A DNA stretch of 57,865 bases, taken from positions 1 to 57,865 of the IMG/VR virus record IMGVR_UViG_3300024999_000121; one strand, written 5' to 3'. Below the pieces are notes generated by a model that was not told the origin of the DNA, did no database searches, and was given only the letters and a program-made list of their open reading frames with translations. This stretch comes from a virus (Duplodnaviria > Caudoviricetes). The translations under genes and the position numbers were made by a program. Shown here piece by piece: positions 56,141 through 57,865 of this stretch (positions are counted from its first letter, which is position 1; each line of letters begins with the position of its first letter).

Positions 56141-56281
56141 ATGATGGAATTAACCAAAGAGGAACTTAAGAAAAAATTTGATGAGGTTACGGATGGAAGA
56201 AAAATATTAACCAAAGAGGCTATTGGCTTAATGATTGAAAATCAATGCCTAGCGTTAAGGGAATACTTTGAAAAAGAATGA
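56141..56281 (+). CDS. hypothetical protein
   Basis: 46 aa, RBS AAGGAG. Confidence 0.45.
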   Translation: MMELTKEELKKKFDEVTDGRKILTKEAIGLMIENQCLALREYFEKE

Positions 56282-56300
56282 AACCCAAGGAGGTTCTGCG

Positions 56301-56544
56301 ATGATTGATAGGATAGGAAATTTAGAAGCTAAGTACATGTCGGATAATTATTACCAGCCAACTCATGTTTATTTAGGTTTATTTAGGACGTGAGGAATAC
56401 CGAGAACTATTAAAAGAAACAACTATTCATTGCCATACGGCACAAAACGCAGTGATGAAAACCAGCGTGAATGGTTTATGGATTATTAAAGTGGCTGACC
56501 AAAATCATTTATCCGTAGGCTTTTCAATCGAAGAAGAAGCTTAA
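56301..56544 (+). pseudogene. small gene frameshifted by 10-bp tandem duplication
   Basis: GTTTATTTAG x2 at 56367-56386; removing one copy restores a 77-aa ORF. Confidence 0.65.
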
Positions 56545-56562
56545 TAATCTAGAGGCTCTAGA

Positions 56563-56599
56563 AGCCCATCTCTCTTAACCGAGGGGTGGGCTATTTTTT
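56563..56599 (+). terminator. intrinsic terminator immediately before portal
   Basis: AGCCCATCTCTC/GAGGGGTGGGCT + TTTTTT. Confidence 0.7.
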
Positions 56600-56620
56600 A
56601 TGTCCGAAAGAGGTGAAACA

Positions 56621-57865
56621 ATGTCGCTACTAACCAAAGCTAAGAAAGCGGTGGGAAAAATCATGGGCAAAAAAGAAATGGTTCAAAACGCTGAACAAGA
56701 AGAAGCCGACCGCGAACTCATAGAAAGATGGCAGCCAGTATTCGAGGCAGATAAAAGGGCCAAGAAGCCATGGGATGCAAGGTTCGACCAATGGGAAGCG
56801 ATCTATGATGCTGGCCGTGATTTCCAGAACTTAGAGGACGAATTCAGTAATTCTGGCAAAACCCCGCGAACGATAATTAACTTCCCTCGAATGATAGTGG
56901 AAAGTCTTATTGAGTTAAAAATTCCGGACCCTGACTTTAAGGCTGTATCCGGTGACGATGAGGAAGTTATCGAATCCCTCAAAAACTATGTCATGTATGT
57001 TGTTCGCTCTGCTCAACCATCACTAGAAGAAATGAATCTTCACAATGAGCGCAGGGTAATGAAACTAGGTGGAGCCTTCACGAAGATTCACTGGAACAAC
57101 AGCACTAAAAGGGCGGGCTATGTCGGAGAAATAGAACTTTCTGCACCTCACCCAAAAGACATCATCCCTAACCATGGTGCAACCTCAATCGACGATATGG
57201 AGCATTATCACCATCCAAATAACCGCACAGCGAACTATATAACTAAAAAATGGAAGCACATTACAAGGGATATGCTTGAGCAAAAAGCCCAATTATTCAA
57301 GGAATACGATGAGATTAGCGGTTCACAAAGGATATCCGTAGGAGATTCCGAGTCCGGTGATCAAGAGATGGGACTTGAAAAGTACACTATTATTGAGACA
57401 ACTTATCTGGATGAAGATAACGAACAATGCAAACTATGGTGGTCGGGCGACTTGGTTATTCTTCATACTCCTAAGTTTTATCATCGTAGGGATGAAGATG
57501 GAGTTTCGTTAAAGGAAAGTCATGAGTATGAGGGCAAGGAAGCCGACTACTACATCCCTAAATCGTGGGATCTCATATATCAACCGTTCATTCCTCGGGA
57601 CAAGTGTTTCTGGGGAATATCTATCATGGAAGATATTCACGACATTAACGAGGCAATCAAAAAGGCTGTTTATCAACATGAGGAAGAACACCTAAAGGGC
57701 AATATACATCTTTTAGTTGGAAGCCAAGAATTAAAGATAGCCTTAGAGTCTTCGATTTCAAAAGTTCATTATGTGCCTGACCCTAATCAAAGTGTCAAAG
57801 AAATAAACATGAGGGGTAACGTTGATGGAGTAGCCTGGATTAATCAGCTCAAGGAATGGATGCAA
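56621..57865 (+). CDS. portal protein (partial, runs off window)
   Basis: RBS GAGGTG; long open frame after terL; IINFPRMIVE, FWGISIMEDI. Confidence 0.8.
   Translation, partial: MSLLTKAKKAVGKIMGKKEMVQNAEQEEADRELIERWQPVFEADKRAKKPWDARFDQWEAIYDAGRDFQNLEDEFSNSGKTPRTIINFPRMIVESLIELKIPDPDFKAVSGDDEEVIESLKNYVMYVVRSAQPSLEEMNLHNERRVMKLGGAFTKIHWNNSTKRAGYVGEIELSAPHPKDIIPNHGATSIDDMEHYHHPNNRTANYITKKWKHITRDMLEQKAQLFKEYDEISGSQRISVGDSESGDQEMGLEKYTIIETTYLDEDNEQCKLWWSGDLVILHTPKFYHRRDEDGVSLKESHEYEGKEADYYIPKSWDLIYQPFIPRDKCFWGISIMEDIHDINEAIKKAVYQHEEEHLKGNIHLLVGSQELKIALESSISKVHYVPDPNQSVKEINMRGNVDGVAWINQLKEWMQ

Noticed and set aside
1439-57691. Numerous short antisense and overlapping ORFs in the track
   Set aside because: Shadows of longer genes, lacking RBS or motifs
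1-57865. CRISPR array or cas genes
   Set aside because: No repeat-spacer periodicity seen; the 17-bp repeats at 23.6 kb have only 5-7 bp between them
1-57865. Genome-wide TAG reassignment
   Set aside because: Many genes end at TAG directly before the next RBS or at the family C-terminus, and long genes are uninterrupted
1-57865. tRNA or rRNA genes
   Set aside because: No cloverleaf with T-loop consensus or rRNA-like sequence seen by eye

Overview
Near-complete, circularly permuted genome of a temperate, short-tailed (podovirus-type) Firmicutes phage. The host is probably a clostridial spore-former; Desulfosporosinus/Desulfitobacterium-like is only an inference from CWB2-like motifs and Spo0A/AbrB homologues. 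The order is tail/nozzle/fibre and ejection proteins (1-12.3 kb), reverse-strand morons, a lysis cassette invaded by an endonuclease, a plasmid-type Rep operon with accessory genes (17-22 kb), a repressor/cro switch, recombination, replication and nucleotide genes (25-46 kb), a late activator, two reverse-strand autoregulated cassettes, terminase and a partial portal. The capsid genes lie outside the window. No integrase is visible. At the position where it normally sits (22.4-24.4 kb) there is a compact plasmid-like replicon: a 131-aa winged-helix initiator, three iterons, DnaA boxes, an antisense copy-control RNA with a decoy/anti-SD switch, a pSK1-Par/RacA-like protein, an RHH repressor and a membrane peptide. 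This is the best candidate for an undescribed system (a phage-plasmid maintenance module). All product calls come from motif recognition by eye; no database searches were run.
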